From Eledone cirrhosa (Eukaryota), in NCBI GenBank assembly GCA_964016885.1, contig OZ024749.1, positions 25,544,001 to 25,608,000 of the forward strand: DNA of 64,000 bases. Direction: 5' to 3'. Every line of letters begins with the position of its first letter. Position 1 is the first letter of the stretch. This document shows, piece by piece, positions 38,919 through 52,998 of the stretch. The notes under the pieces were generated by a model, which saw only the letters and a program-made list of their open reading frames with translations, did no database searches and was not told the origin of the DNA. The position numbers and the translations under genes were made by a program.

Positions 38919-39885
38919 CTAGCAGTAAAGCCCGGCGTTGCTCGGGGTCGCTCAGTAGCTGTGTTTAAGTTACAATGTTAAGTTTCTTTTTTGGCTTAAA
39001 AACTGTAGTGTCTACTGTGCAGACTTGCATGTGGTGTTTTTGATTAATATTCCCTCAACCAACAATATGCCTTATGAAGTTAAGAAAACATAACGATAAC
39101 CCGAATGTTATAGCAAAAGAGGATTCTGGGGATAGAAACTGCACTGGTTATTTATTAACAAAGATCGAAAATGTAAACACTGCAACGCAGAGAAAAACAT
39201 TAGCGTAACCAAATTATCAGTTATGTCTGTCTGCACGCCTATATCACCTCTCTGCACGCCTATATCACCTCTCTGCACGACTGTCTGTCTGCACGCCTAT
39301 ATCACCTCTCTGCACGACTGTCTGTCTGCACGCCTATATCACCTCTCTGCACGACTATCTGTCTGCACGCGTATATCACCTCTCTGCACGACTGTCTGTC
39401 TGCACGACTGTCTGTCTGCACGACTGTCTGTCTGCACAACTGTCTGTCTGCACGCCTAACGATGAAATATTTGCTTGTTTTACGTAGTCTTTAAATAGAC
39501 TTGTTTTCAAGTAAAAATATTGTTTTAAAATGCTTTTAAATGGAAATGAAGCAAAACGGAAGCTTAGTGTTCGAACTGATGAATTTTGCAGGTCAATATT
39601 TTGCTGGCTCGACAACTGTTAAAGCCAGCGTAATTTTTTACGTAAGACGCTCAATGTAAACAGAACAAAGGGAAATAACTGATAACTTACGCTCAAAAAT
39701 CGATACATTATATTCGATTTCGTCACATAGGGTGGGTCAATTTGAAATCTTTTTTTTCCGATGTCTTCGCTAGGGCTCAATGTACAAGTATAGCAATTTC
39801 GGTGCAATTCCGTGAGAGATTCTAAGAGGAGATGTGTGCCAAAAATCGATAGACAGACAGACAACCACAGTTTTATATATATAGA
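38919..39885 (-). mobile_element. Non-autonomous Helitron, copy 1, with internal minisatellite
   Basis: Minus strand starts TC(TATATATATAAAA) and ends with hairpin CCCG-agcaacgc-CGGG then CTAG; inserted between A and T; no TSD. Confidence 0.9.
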
Positions 39886-40020
39886 TATACAACAGCTGAG
39901 CTATGACAAGATTTTGATTCCAGAGTCGGGCCAGATTAATACAGACCGAACCGTGAGCTGATCGATAGCGAAATACGCGTCACCAATGAAGGCATAATAA
40001 ATCTTCCCTGTATTATATAT

Positions 40021-40307
40021 ATGGAAGCACATGGCCTAGTAGTGTTGGACTTATGACCATAGAGTTGTGGGTTCAATTCCTGGACTGGGCTGTGTGTTGT
40101 GTTCTTGAGCAAAACACTTCATTTCATGTTGCTTCAGTATAGTCAACTGAAAATGAGTACGAGCAATAGCTGGGAATTTAACTCAGTGATGGTCTGGCGT
40201 CCTGTCCAGGGGGGGGGGGGGAGTATTGTGCTCTCAGTCACTTACCGTCACAGAAATCGGAATAAGCACCGGCCTAATGAACATCCGGGTTCGAGACAGA
40301 CTTTAGA

Positions 40308-40310
<3 letters not shown>
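40021..40310 (+). mobile_element. SINE family 2
   Basis: ATGGCCTAGTAG..GGTTCAATTCC (B box)..TGTGTTCTTGAGCAAAACACTT; homologous to 3661-3921. Confidence 0.8.
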
Positions 40311-40344
<34 letters not shown>

Positions 40345-40996
40345 TGCTAACTGTTGTGATTTTATTTAATAACATATGGAACAATGATATCGCATATATT
40401 TCCGTTTAGATAGGGGTCAGTCTTATGAATTGGTATTACTTATTTTAAAAAAGAAAGCAGTAATGGAAATTAGCTACTATGTCTAGCTTGATGGCTGGCC
40501 GCATAGCGACATCTACGTTTACTTTTGAAATTAGTTAGTTAATTAGACACATGTGTTAATTATTGCTATTACGTCTACATATTCGATAGTGTCGTTTATT
40601 ACTTATACACATTAATCATATATTTAATTTTTCATTTAAAGAACTCGTTACAGAAGATCATGTTTGTAATATACCTAGCATGCTGCTATAATTGGTAATT
40701 AAATCCATTAAATATTTTAATTAGACTATTAATAATTCATATTTAGAAAGACTGCATTTGATGGTTGGTTATAAAATTTGGTTATAAAATTTTAAAATTT
40801 GGCCAATTTAAACAGAGCACCAGATTGTTGTTTATGTCTCACCCATTTACATTTGAAATTGCTAAATGCAATCGCAAATTCCATTCTGATAGAGCTAAAA
40901 GGCAAAAGCAATGTTGTCTCTGATCTGATGTATTCAAATGTAATCCGCTTTGTCTCGATCAGAGACAAAGCGAATTACATTTGAATACATATAAAA

Positions 40997-41302
40997 CTGA
41001 GAAAAAGTATCGCTAGAACAGCCGTTAAGACAGCCGAATGCTGGCCAAGACAGCGATGGGCAAAAATGCCACAGCGGCTAGTGGTCAAATGTGAGATAAT
41101 CCGCAAGGTTGGTGACACACACCTCCTTGTCCTTGTCCTCCTCCTCTTTCAATCTTTTCTATATTTCATCTGCTTGCCAGCCACCTTCTGGGTTGTCTCT
41201 CTGTTGACCACTGGTCGGTGAGCTCTGAGGCATTTTTGCCCATCGCCCCCTTTGACATATTTTGCTGTTTTAACAGCTTTTCTAGCGATTACTTTTCTCA
41301 AT
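40997..41302. mobile_element. ~300 bp foldback/MITE-like element
   Basis: TGAGAAAAAGTATCGCTAGAA..GCGATGGGCAAAAATGCC..AGTGGTCAA is mirrored by TTGACCACT..GGCATTTTTGCCCATCGC..TTCTAGCGATTACTTTTCTCA. Confidence 0.7.
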
Positions 41303-42247
41303 ATATATATATACATAATATAAAATCAAAAGAAGGTTAAAAGAGTTCAATGTATTTTATTATGCGCATTTCAAAAACAAATATCATCATGGGATGATAT
41401 TTGCGTTCTCATCAAATAAATTAGGGGGACATGATATGAAGCTTAAAAAACACTTGCGAGCAGTGAAGTGTTAAATCAACATATGAAAAATAAAATAAGA
41501 TGGATATATGAGATTGGGAAAAAAAGAAAAGGAAGGGGGAAAGAAAAGGTAGGGAAGAGGAAGAAAGAATATAATAAGAAAAAAATATATAATAATAAGG
41601 AAAGGATGACGGAGGAGGAGTATAAGTAGGAAGGATGAAAGAGGAGGAGAAAATGAGTGAGAGAGAGATAACCTTTAATACTGAGAAACACTGTCTCACA
41701 GAGAGAAATAAAAAGAAACCGTTGTAAGATATTACAATGTCAATAATATAATGTCTTGTACCATCACGCGCGTCAGGCCATGATATTTACATTGCTTTAT
41801 TGTGCTACAATAAAACTCACCTCCTACATATATATATATATATATATTCAATTTATTTCCTCGCATATCTCGAATGTTTAATTCCCCTCAGGGTTTTTTT
41901 CTCTTCCTGACCACAAATATAACAATTGTCAACGTAGAACGTTGCAGGATATATACAAACTGTTTTGACTTTGAAATTTTGTTTTATTTCTAGATAGAGA
42001 ACAGACAACTTAATATGTGGTGAGGTGATGAATTATGGCAACACGTATCTATGAAATAGAGTTAACAATGCGTTCTGGTTTCATCACTGTCCCTGTCGAT
42101 TTGATTAGAATCTACGTAAAATTGATTGGGTGTTAAGTTGAATATAAAAACAAAATATTTCTGGAAGAGGAAACTAATTTGAAAGCAATAAGATGATATA
42201 AGTCATAGATATCTGTCACTATATGTCAAACTGGAGTTTATTGTAAA

Positions 42248-43154
42248 CTAGCAGTAAAGCCCGGCGTTGCTCGGGGTCGCTCAGTAGCTGTGTTAAAGTT
42301 ACAATGTTAAGTTTCTTTTTTGGCTTAAAAACTGTAGTGTCTACTGTGCAGACTTGCATGTGGTGTTTTTGATTAATATTCCCTCAACCAACAATATGCC
42401 TTATGAAGTTAAGAAAACATAACGATAACCCGAATGTTATAACAAAAGAGGATGCTGGGGATAAAAACTGCACTGGTTATTTATTAACAAAGATCGAAAA
42501 TGTAAACACTGCAACGCAGAGAAAAACATTAGCGTAACCAAATTATCAGTTATGTCTGTCTGCACGCCTATATCACCTCTCTGCACGACTGTCTGTCTGC
42601 ACGCCTATATCACCTCTCTGCACGACTGTCTGTCTGCACACATATATCACCTCCCTGCACGACTGTCTGTCTGCACGCCTATATCACCTCTCTGCACGAC
42701 TGTCTGTCTGCACGACTATCTGTCTGCACGCCTAACGACGAAATATTTGCTTGTTTTACGTAGTCTTTAAATAGACTTGTTTTCAAGTAAAAATATTGTT
42801 TTAAAATGCTTTTAAATGGAAATGAAGCAAAACGGAAGCTTAGTGTTCGAACTGATGAATTTTGCAGGTCAATATTTTTTAAACGCTGAGAAAGCCAGCG
42901 TAATTTTTTACGTAAGACGCTCAATGTAAACAGAACAAAGGGAAATAACTGATAACTTACGCTCAAAAATCGATACATTATATTCGATTTCGTCACATAG
43001 GGTGGGTCAATTTGAAATTTTTTTTTCCGATGTCTTCGCTAGGGCTCAATGTACAAGTATAGCAATTTCGGTGCAATTCCGTGAGAGATTCTAAGAGGAG
43101 ATGTGTGCCAAAAATCGATAGACAGACAGACAACCACAGTTTTATATATATAGA
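42248..43154 (-). mobile_element. Non-autonomous Helitron, copy 2
   Basis: Near-identical to 38919-39885 with the same TC / hairpin-CTAG termini but different flanks. Confidence 0.9.
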
Positions 43155-43458
43155 TTAGTTGTCTTTGTGGTGGAGTTTTTTGTTGCTGATGTTGTTGTGT
43201 GTGCGCGCGTTCATGGAATTTATGGTCAACTTTACGCAAATGCAACATAAATCTTTAAAACTGAAATTTACTGATCAACACTGGATTATAGATGGAAAGG
43301 AATCGGATTTGGCAACTATTCATTAGATTTTGAAAGGGTTTTGTAAAGTATGTTTAGAGAGGTGTAGGTGACAGCTAAAGCATAACGGCAGAAGATATAC
43401 AAGGAAAAGTAGATTGCTTGGATAGGTTTCGTATTCTTCAATTTGTTATAAATACATA

Positions 43459-43591
<133 letters not shown>

Positions 43592-43604
43592 TTTATGCTG
43601 TGGA

Positions 43605-43893
43605 GGAGGGGGGTGTCTTGTACCCTCACGCGCTTCAGGCCATGAAACTGGGATAAGCACGGGCCAAATGGGCCTTTTGGCTTAAGACAGACTTTAGACA
43701 TTATATATGTGGATTAGCAGTATCGGTAGAGGGTCGGACGCCATGCTTTGACGTATAGAGTTGTGGCCCTTGCCATTCTGAGTTCAAATCCCGCCGAGGT
43801 TAACTTAGCCTTTTATCCTTACAGGGTCGATAAACTAAAGTACCAGTAATGCACTGGATATTTTCTGGCATTGTGCCAAACGTAGAAACAATT
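43605..43893 (+). mobile_element. SINE family 2 3' fragment (43605-43700) followed by SINE family 1 (43708-43893)
   Basis: Consensus matches. Confidence 0.8.
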
Positions 43894-43934
43894 TTATATA
43901 TATATATATATATAAGTTCATATATATATATATA

Positions 43935-46689
43935 AATTAATAAAAACAATGAATAAAAACAAAGAACAAGTTCATTATATTAAAAAATTCATCATTTTAC
44001 GACCGTTTCTAGGGTATATATGTGTGTTGGTATGTATATCCTATAGATCTATGTAAAAATATTACAAACTATTAGAGGAAATATACATACCTTCACATAT
44101 ATATGCTGTCTTCAGAAATAATGAGATTTGTTTATTGAAAAAAAACAATAAATTTAATATAATAGGTCTGTTTGGGAACAGGTTTTGAATTGACCAATAG
44201 AAAAGTAGTAAGAGGTCAAGTTGATAGAATAATAGTAGTAGAAATTTAATTTAGGGGTTGAGGAATGCAGACTTATATTTTGAATGGAAAGAATACTTTG
44301 AATGAAAAGAATACTTTGGCGATGAAAAGAGGTCAAGCCGGTGAAAGGTACACGACAATTTGATGTTACTAAAGAATAATGTCATCTGTCTTCTTCTTTC
44401 CACTAATCTTAGCCTATCAGAAATTAAAAAAAATAAAAAATTTATTAGAACTTTCCTCAAAGACTATTATAATCTCACTATTACATTTGAAAACACCAGT
44501 AAAATAGTTAATTTCCTAGATATAACTTTAGACTTATCTACGGGTATCTACTAACCTTACCATAAAACCAACCAAAACTTACATTACATACACTCACAAT
44601 CCAATCACCCTAGATCTATCCTTAAAAATCTAGCATATAATATCTCACTCAGAATTTCTAACCTTTCATCTAACCAGGAGGTATTCGATAAAAATGCGCC
44701 CTTTTATAACGAAGCTTTAGCTAGAAGCGACCACAAAAACAAATTAGTCTATATATCTTGCACCAATAAAACTACAAACATACAACCCAATATTACCAAC
44801 AAACACCAAATGAAATATATACACCAAAATCCCACTCACACTACACCCAAAAATACCAACCTAAAACTCAATTTCTCTAACTCTTCTCCGATAAAATATA
44901 ATAACTTTCAAAAAACCATTCATCCTAATACTCCAATATACGTTAATAATATTACTAACAAAATTCCTAATAATCAGACTAAAATATCTAAATCAGTTAA
45001 TCTAACTAAACCTATATATAATAAATTCACTAATACTTACTTTCTTAGTAAATATCCTGATACATCGTATAAATATAAAAAACAACAACCAAACCGTAAT
45101 AGACCAGTTACTTGGTATAATGCTCCATTTAATCTACAAATTAAAGATTATATCCCTATAAAAATTGTTTACTATCCTAGAGAAAAACTTCCCGCCAAAC
45201 CATAAATACCATCAAATTTTAAATAGAATAACTGTCAAATTTTCCTACTCCACTACCAAAAATATACAACAAAATATCAGTGCGTACAACGCATATAAAT
45301 GTAAAATAACCACGAATATACCACCAACACATCAAACCAACCATAATACTAAAATAAACCGCAACAAACCACCATCTCCTTTACATATAAGAAGTCGAGT
45401 AAATTCCACACCAAATTTGACTACCTCCCCTGATATAATATTCACGAATGGTTGTAACTGTAGAAACAAAAAAAATTGCCCATTAAAGGAATATTGTTTT
45501 ATTAATAATATAGTATATAAATGTAAAATTAGCACTAAGGACTCAACTTATTCATATATAGGAGCTACGTCTAACCAATTTAGAGTAAGATTTAATACCC
45601 AGAAACAGTTTTAAAAATGCCGCATTAACTAATACAACATCCTTGGCTGAAACAATTAATAATTATAGAAAAACGAATATCGATTACAACCTGACCTGGA
45701 GTATGCTCAAAAGGGCCACCCCTTATCAAAATAGCAGATATGAGTGTAGATTATGCTCCCAGGAACTTTTTGAAATAATGAAATCTAAGGATATCCTATT
45801 AAATAAGCGACAAGAATTAATTATATTTTGCAATCATAGAATTAGAAGAACTTTCAAATATTATAAACCTAATTAATATACACCTTACACTTATATTTTA
45901 CATATTATTATAATTATTTTTTTTTATTTAGTTAACCTATAATTATTACTTTATTACAGAGAACTTCATAATTTTATTTCCCTCTTGCAGCTCTCTTTTC
46001 CTAAAATTAATACCTAAAAGAATACATATAAATTAATTTAATTTCCTGTTATGAATCTAGGTTCTTGTAGTCTATTGGTATTTCTCACTACTACACTTAT
46101 CCCAAAATGTTATTTTCCTTCGTTTTTAACAACATTCTTTAATAACATCTAATTCTTATTTATCACATCCATATGAATTAATATAAATTTATCCCTATAA
46201 GTATACCTATCAATTAATTTAATTTCTTGTTATAGATGTAAATTCCTTGTGTTTTAAATAAGATTGGTATTTCTGACTAATACCTTTACTCTAAAATTTA
46301 ATCTCCTTCGTTTTTAACATTATTCTTTAGTAACATCAAATTTTCGTGTACCTTTCACCGGCTTGACCTCTTTTCATCCCCAAAGTATTCTTTTCATTCA
46401 AAGTATTCTTTCCCTTCAAAACATAAGTCTGCATTCCTATTATATTACAGACCTATTATATTAAATCTTTGTTCGTTTTTTTTTCAATAAACAAATCTCA
46501 TTATTTCTGAAGACAGCATAGATATGTGAAGGTATGTATATTTCCTCTGATAGTTTGTAATATTTTTACATAGATCTATATGATATACATACCAACACAC
46601 ATATATATATCCTAGAAACGATCGTAAAATGATGATTTTTTTAATATAGGGAACTTGTTCTTTGTTTTTATTAATTGTTTTTATTAATT
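43935..46689 (+). mobile_element. Penelope-like element, 5'-truncated, with inverted pseudo-LTR
   Basis: RT C-terminus (IVNFLDITLDL, YIHSQSNHP), linker TWYNAPF, CNCRNKKNCPL, GIY-YIG (IVYKC..YIGATS..RFN), CRLCSQE; 43935-44382 is an inverted copy of 46317-46689. Confidence 0.92.
44383..45876 (+). pseudogene. Penelope RT thumb plus GIY-YIG endonuclease, disrupted
   Basis: Track pieces 44360-44554, 44810-45205, 45165-45614, 45643-45876. Confidence 0.88.
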
Positions 46690-46810
46690 TCTCTTGACTC
46701 TGTTTTCCTGTGATTTTCATCGAAAATTTTTGAATGCATCTTCTCTTTTCATGATATTTGGATTACATTGTGTTCTTCATACGGATTGGACACTACCGTA
46801 TAGATTTATC

Positions 46811-46878
<68 letters not shown>

Positions 46879-47332
46879 AAAAAGGACTAGGTGTTAGATC
46901 TTATTACATTTATTGAGATGTGACGTGTGTTTCACAATCATTCTGTCACTCGAGCTTTTCACTCGAGCTCTCAGCTGAATAATCGGTGTTTTGTTCGCTG
47001 TTTACTCTTTTTTCCCTTTTCCCTTCTATTTTCCTTCCCTCCCTCCTCCGTTTTCCCAATAACTTAACCAGATATTCACGCTCTGGGCGGTAAATATCTT
47101 GTCTATAAAGCTTGGAAATATCCGAGACCCCCCAGTAGACAACTGATGAGGACCCCCCCCCCCCGCCGTTCTTACTTTCTTCTCATTCTCATTCCATTTT
47201 ATGCTATCTATCTATATATATACATAAATACATGTATACATATATACATATATACATACGTACATACAGCAATTTGATACACCAACTCGAACCTCATATG
47301 ATAGATTGAACATTTATGATATTACAGACAGT

Positions 47333-47383
<51 letters not shown>

Positions 47384-48157
47384 ACACGCGCACACACAGA
47401 GACTTATATATATACATATATACGTCTATATATAGAGAGAGAGACAGAGAGAGGAGAGAAAGAAAAAACGAAATGTCAAATGAGGGGAAAATGAGTGAAA
47501 ATGAAATGTTTTATGTAATTAAAAGTTAAAATTAGTATATCAACTATTTTTTCTTGTTTTTCCAATGAAAGTTTCACGAAAATAAAGTGTAATTGAAACT
47601 TTTGAATTGGCCATCAGTAAAAGACATGAAAAATAAGTAAAATACTTTGAAAGAAACATTCCAATACACAATGAATTTAACCCTCGACTTAATTCTTCAT
47701 GTTTATTTCTGTAACTGGTGTGAAAAGTGTCTAACATCTAGGTGGGGGGTTGGGGGTTAGCAGCCAATGTATGTACCTCTCTCGCTCATGAAATCCACCC
47801 AGATTATGCTGACCGGACAACTGTTGCTTGTTTATTTTCCTATCTTCGGTTTGCTTTTATCCTTCTATATTGTTTACTTGTCCCCCTCGCTTTACGCGAA
47901 TTACTGGTCCCAATAACTTTTTTAGTTATTGCTCGCACCAACCTGAGGTATCTGATTTTTAATGCGATGAAATACCAATGAGGGTTGGAAAATCACTGAC
48001 GAAGGACTATTTTTATCATATGTAACCCATGTGCAAACCACGCAGTATTCTTCTTTCTTCTCATGTTTCTTTAATATATATATATATACATGTGTGTGAG
48101 TGTGGGTGTGGGTGTTTGTGAGTGTGTGCACGTATTCATATATATATATGTTCGTAA

Positions 48158-48213
<56 letters not shown>

Positions 48214-48504
48214 CATATATGTAAATGTATTATATATATATATTTGTGCATGTGTGCCTGTGTGTGTGTCTATATATACGTATGTATATATGTGTGTATA
48301 TATATATATAGGCATACATATAAGTTAAACACCCTCACACAAACACACACACACACAAACCGTTGCTGATTATGTGTGTAAATATGTGTAATTGTGATTA
48401 CCTGCTGTGTGTTTATTCCATTGTGTATGGACAAATGGCTGTTTTTCCAAGAAAGTGAATTTGAATTGAGATACGAGATTAGTAACACACATACATACAT
48501 ACAC

Positions 48505-48628
<124 letters not shown>

Positions 48629-48721
48629 TAGATATATATATATACATATATATACACATATATATATATACTGATTTACATATTATAATTATTATATGTA
48701 TTAATGATTAAATATATATAA

Positions 48722-48765
<44 letters not shown>

Positions 48766-49030
48766 TAGATAGATGCAACCAGAATGTTTTCGATTTAAAC
48801 TTGACGTCTGCTGTTGTAACGTTTCACCAAATACAATAATAGTAGTTTTGTTTATGCACAGCGTTTTATTTCTAAATTTGATTCTTGGTTTCTTTTTAAT
48901 TATCCAACGAATTCAGAGAGTAGTGTCATCTAATTAAAAATATAATTAAATTAATAAATTCTACATATATATATTTATACATAGCCATATACATATATAT
49001 ATATACATAAACATATACATACATATATAT

Positions 49031-49104
<74 letters not shown>

Positions 49105-49177
49105 TTTTATATATATATATATATATGTTTATGTATATATATATAAATATAAATTATGTATATATATATAAATATAA

Positions 49178-49223
<46 letters not shown>

Positions 49224-49363
49224 TTATATTTATATATATATACATAAACATATACATATATATATACATATATATATATATACATAAACACACATATATT
49301 TATATATATATACATATATTTATTTATATATATATTTATATATATATATACATAAACATATAC

Positions 49364-49396
<33 letters not shown>

Positions 49397-49478
49397 CATA
49401 TATACATAAACACACACACATATATATATATATATACATATATACATAAACACACACACATATATATATATATATACA

Positions 49479-49512
<34 letters not shown>

Positions 49513-50109
49513 CGTGTGTGAGTGTGTGTGTGTGTGCGTGTGTTGTGTGTGCGTGTGTTGTGTATGACTCAGCTAAACAAATTACGTTTAATTATTTTAT
49601 GTGACAAATGTAGCACGTATCACGCTAAATATCAAATTCTTTTTCTATCCCTTGTTATCCTCAATGAATAGACTGTTAAGACCATTCACTAAACTGATGC
49701 TGTCTGCAACATATTGCTTGCTACTTAGAACCAAGTTAAATGTTATTTTTAACGTTTCATTGTCTGGCTGATGTCATTTCTTTCCTCACATCACCTTGTG
49801 TTTGCTTTTTCATGGTAGACATTTTGTTTGCTTGCGGGTCGTTATAATATCTTCTTGTTCATGATGACATTTTTGTTCGCGTTTAGCTAGAGATCATCTC
49901 TAATGAAGGACATTCTAAATGTGACTTTCTTCTTTATTTTTAGTTTATCTTAATCACTATCTATGTAGATATTACCCAACGTTTTGCTTCTGTTTTGTTA
50001 TTTTTTATAGATGGAAATGTTTACTTTGAGGGGCATTTGGTTGCTATTTCTTCCATGTGATTCTATTATGTAAAGGCTTCCTCGGTAGGCCTTCTGTTAT
50101 AACCTGTAT

Positions 50110-50380
50110 GTTATGGTGGTGGTGGTAGTGGTTGTGGTGGCGGTGGCGGTGTATGTTGTTGTTGCTGTTGGTGGCGGTGATGGTGGTGGTGGTGGTGTTT
50201 GGTGGTGGGGGTTTTGATTGTTGGTGGTGGTGGTGACGGCGGCGGCGGTGGTGGTGGTTGTGGTGGTGATGGCGGCGGCGGTGGCTGTGGCGGTAGTTTT
50301 GTTGATGCTGATGATGGCGATGATGATGGTTGTGGTGACAGTCATGGAGATGTGATGGTTGTGGGGTGGACATGTTGGCA
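50110..50380. repeat. (GGT)n/(GAT)n low-complexity tract
   Basis: Read directly. Confidence 0.9.
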
Positions 50381-50391
50381 ATGATAATAAT

Positions 50392-50580
50392 AATTGTTTC
50401 TACGTTTTGGCACAAGGCCAGCAATTACCCAGTGCATTGCTGCTACTTTATTTGATCGACCTCGTAAGGATGAAAGGCAAAGTTAACCTCGGCGGGATTT
50501 GAACTCAGACCATAAAGGGCCGTAACTCTTTGCTGCAAAGCATGGTGTCCGACCCTCTACTGATACTGCCAATACACCGC
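50392..50580 (-). mobile_element. SINE family 1, full length, flanked by (AAT)n
   Basis: Consensus match. Confidence 0.9.
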
Positions 50581-50811
50581 ATAATAATGGTCTCTAATTT
50601 AGGCAAATAGCCAACAATTTTGTAGGGAAGGGATAGTCGATCAAATCGACATTCCCCTCCACCAAACTTGTTGGTTTGGTGCCTATAAGAGACACGTTAG
50701 GACTCAGTTGTGTTTCAGAATCAAACAGCTCGTTGGATAATTTATGGTTCGAATTCTTTTTACCGTTGAGTAGATTAAACGAAACAGTTTCTTTCTTTGT
50801 TGTAGAAGTAT

Positions 50812-51116
50812 GACTTGACTTGACGGCACTCTGTCAAGTGTTCCAATTGATACGATCAGCGGAACAGTCTGCTCGTGAAACTAACGTGCAAGTGGCTGAG
50901 CATTCCACAAAAACGCGTACCGTTAATGATCAGCTTGGCACATAATGTGATACGACTGGTCTTTAGAATTACAGGTACAACTCATGTATGCCAGCTGAGT
51001 GGACTGGAGCAACGAGAGATGAGGTTTCTTGCTCAAGGATACAAGCCACCAGCAGGAATCGAACTCACGACCTTATGATTGTGAGCCGAATGCCATAACT
51101 TCAAAGCCACGCACCT
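50812..51116 (-). mobile_element. SINE family 3 (tRNA head, CORE-like block, (GTCAA)n tail) with 12 bp TSD
   Basis: Minus strand GTGGCT..GAGTTCGATTCC..CCTTGAGCAAGAAAC; TSD TTGTAGAAGTAT at 50800-50811 and 51117-51128. Confidence 0.85.
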
Positions 51117-51824
51117 TTGTAGAAGTATAACCTGATAGAATATGACGTACATATTAATAATAACCAGACATGCCAACCTTATGAACCGGATGTCTGACTT
51201 TTCAATATACAAACTTATGAAAACTCACAAATCACCACGTCTTCAAATGAACGCATCATCATAAACCATCCAATAATTTATAAGTTTCACTGGAGTATCA
51301 CCAAATATTTCGTAACAAGATATTTCTATTTCCTTATTAGATGTCGAATTTATAGTTCATCTTCAATCTTTACTCATATATCAATATTCATATACATTTT
51401 CAATAAATATTTAATTGATTGTACGTTCTAGAGGGTTCAAATATTTGGGATATTATTGATGTCATTTTGTTTTTGTTTTTGCTTTCCGACTTGCTAGGAT
51501 TGAAGAAAGAGAATTTACCAGTGATATATCATCTTCTGTTAATATTTCGGTGGTGGGGGTGTTGGTAATATCACTTTTTAATTGTGTAGTTCAGTGTAGT
51601 GACCCGAATATAATTATTTATCAATTGAAACTACACATATACTGAGCAAAATGTTATTAACGTCAATGGCTTGTTTTAGCAAGGGATAAAGGGACGCAAT
51701 TCGTGATTTCAATTTATTAAGAATTGAATGGTGGCACGTTTTCTTCTCATTAAGTCTCATACAGTTAACAAATAAGAAGTGGCTGAAGCAATTTGAAGAG
51801 AAAGTGAAAATGAATTAAATAGAC

Positions 51825-51977
51825 TCCAATGCGTTACTGGTATTTTATGTTACCGACCCAGTAAAGATAAGATACAAAGCTAACACCAGCGGGATTTGAA
51901 CTCAGAACGCAAAGGGATGTAACTACATGTCATAAAACATGTTGTCCGACGCTCTACCAATACTGCCATCCACCGCA
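51825..51977 (-). mobile_element. Diverged SINE family 1
   Basis: GGGATTTGAACTCAGA..CTGCCATCCACCGC. Confidence 0.75.
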
Positions 51978-52154
51978 CTTTAGCGGCCGTTTCCGGGCAG
52001 AATTCTCTCACCTCTTTCTGTTCAAACCGACTGTAACTGGTCACTCATACTGATATGTTCTCAAAATAGATAATATCAAAATCACACAAATTCAATATTT
52101 TGTGAGATATTTTGTGAGGTAAAGCTTTAACCGCGAAGATTTAATAGTATATTG

Positions 52155-52605
52155 TGACGCTAAACTCCGCATGTTGAAGACTGCGCATCAACATGAGATA
52201 CCTGTCTCCACAAAGTTCGATCACCAACAGCAGAGTTCAAAGAGCAAAGATGAAGTCCAGTCCGTACGTTGACATTATCAAACCAACGTTTTGGCTGCCG
52301 GTCTCTGCTTCTCTTACGAGCCAACCTTCCTTCCAGGCATAACCAACTCACACCACGAGTTGATCTTTTTATATGGCCGTATAGTTTGAGTACTCTTGGC
52401 TTGACAGTTGATGTAATTGGACTAAGTTTGGTAATGTTCAGTAGCTCACTGATACAGATACAGTCGCTGAGCTGCTTCCCAGTTATGTCTCATGATGTAG
52501 TTCTGAAGTGACTTTGTCGTCCAGTTAACACAGTCAAGACCATATAACACAACTGGTATGATGTAAGAATCAAGCAAAGCCTTTAAATGATAGGAAACTC
52601 GTTTT
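52155..52605 (-). mobile_element. RTE-like LINE 3' fragment
   Basis: LDSYIIPVVLYGLDC..LEGRLARKRSRDRQPKRWFDNV; homologous to 57390-57935. Confidence 0.8.
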
Positions 52606-52813
52606 GAGTATATATAGAGTAATGTAAATCGGCCCAAGTACGTTGCTAGTACATTATAATACCGACCCTATAAGGAAGAAAGGCAAAGCTGAGCAGGATT
52701 TGAACTCAGAACGTAAAGAGACCTAATTACAGGAGGCAGCGCATGTTGTCCGATGTTCTAACGATTCTACCAATACACTACCCTTTTTACTGATATTAAT
52801 ATTAATAAATAAC

Positions 52814-52998
52814 GCGGTGGATTGGCAGTATCAGTAGAGGGTCGGATGCCATGCTTTGACGCATAGAGTTACGGTCCTTGCCATTCTGAGTTCAAATCCC
52901 GCCGAGGTTAACTTTGCCTTTCATCCTTATGGGGTCTATAAAATAAAGTACCAGTAATACACTGGGTAATTGCTGGCCTTGTGCCAAAAGTAGAAACA
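52814..52998 (+). mobile_element. SINE family 1, full length, with 19 bp TSD; a diverged minus-strand copy lies at ~52635-52782
   Basis: TSD ATTAATATTAATAAATAAC at 52795-52813 and 52999-53017. Confidence 0.92.

Noticed and set aside
39223-39460. CRISPR-like alternating repeat pattern
   Set aside because: No unique spacers and no cas genes; it is a two-unit minisatellite inside a eukaryotic Helitron
47135-47170. CTGATGAG hammerhead core
   Set aside because: No downstream GAAA or stem III; followed by poly-C
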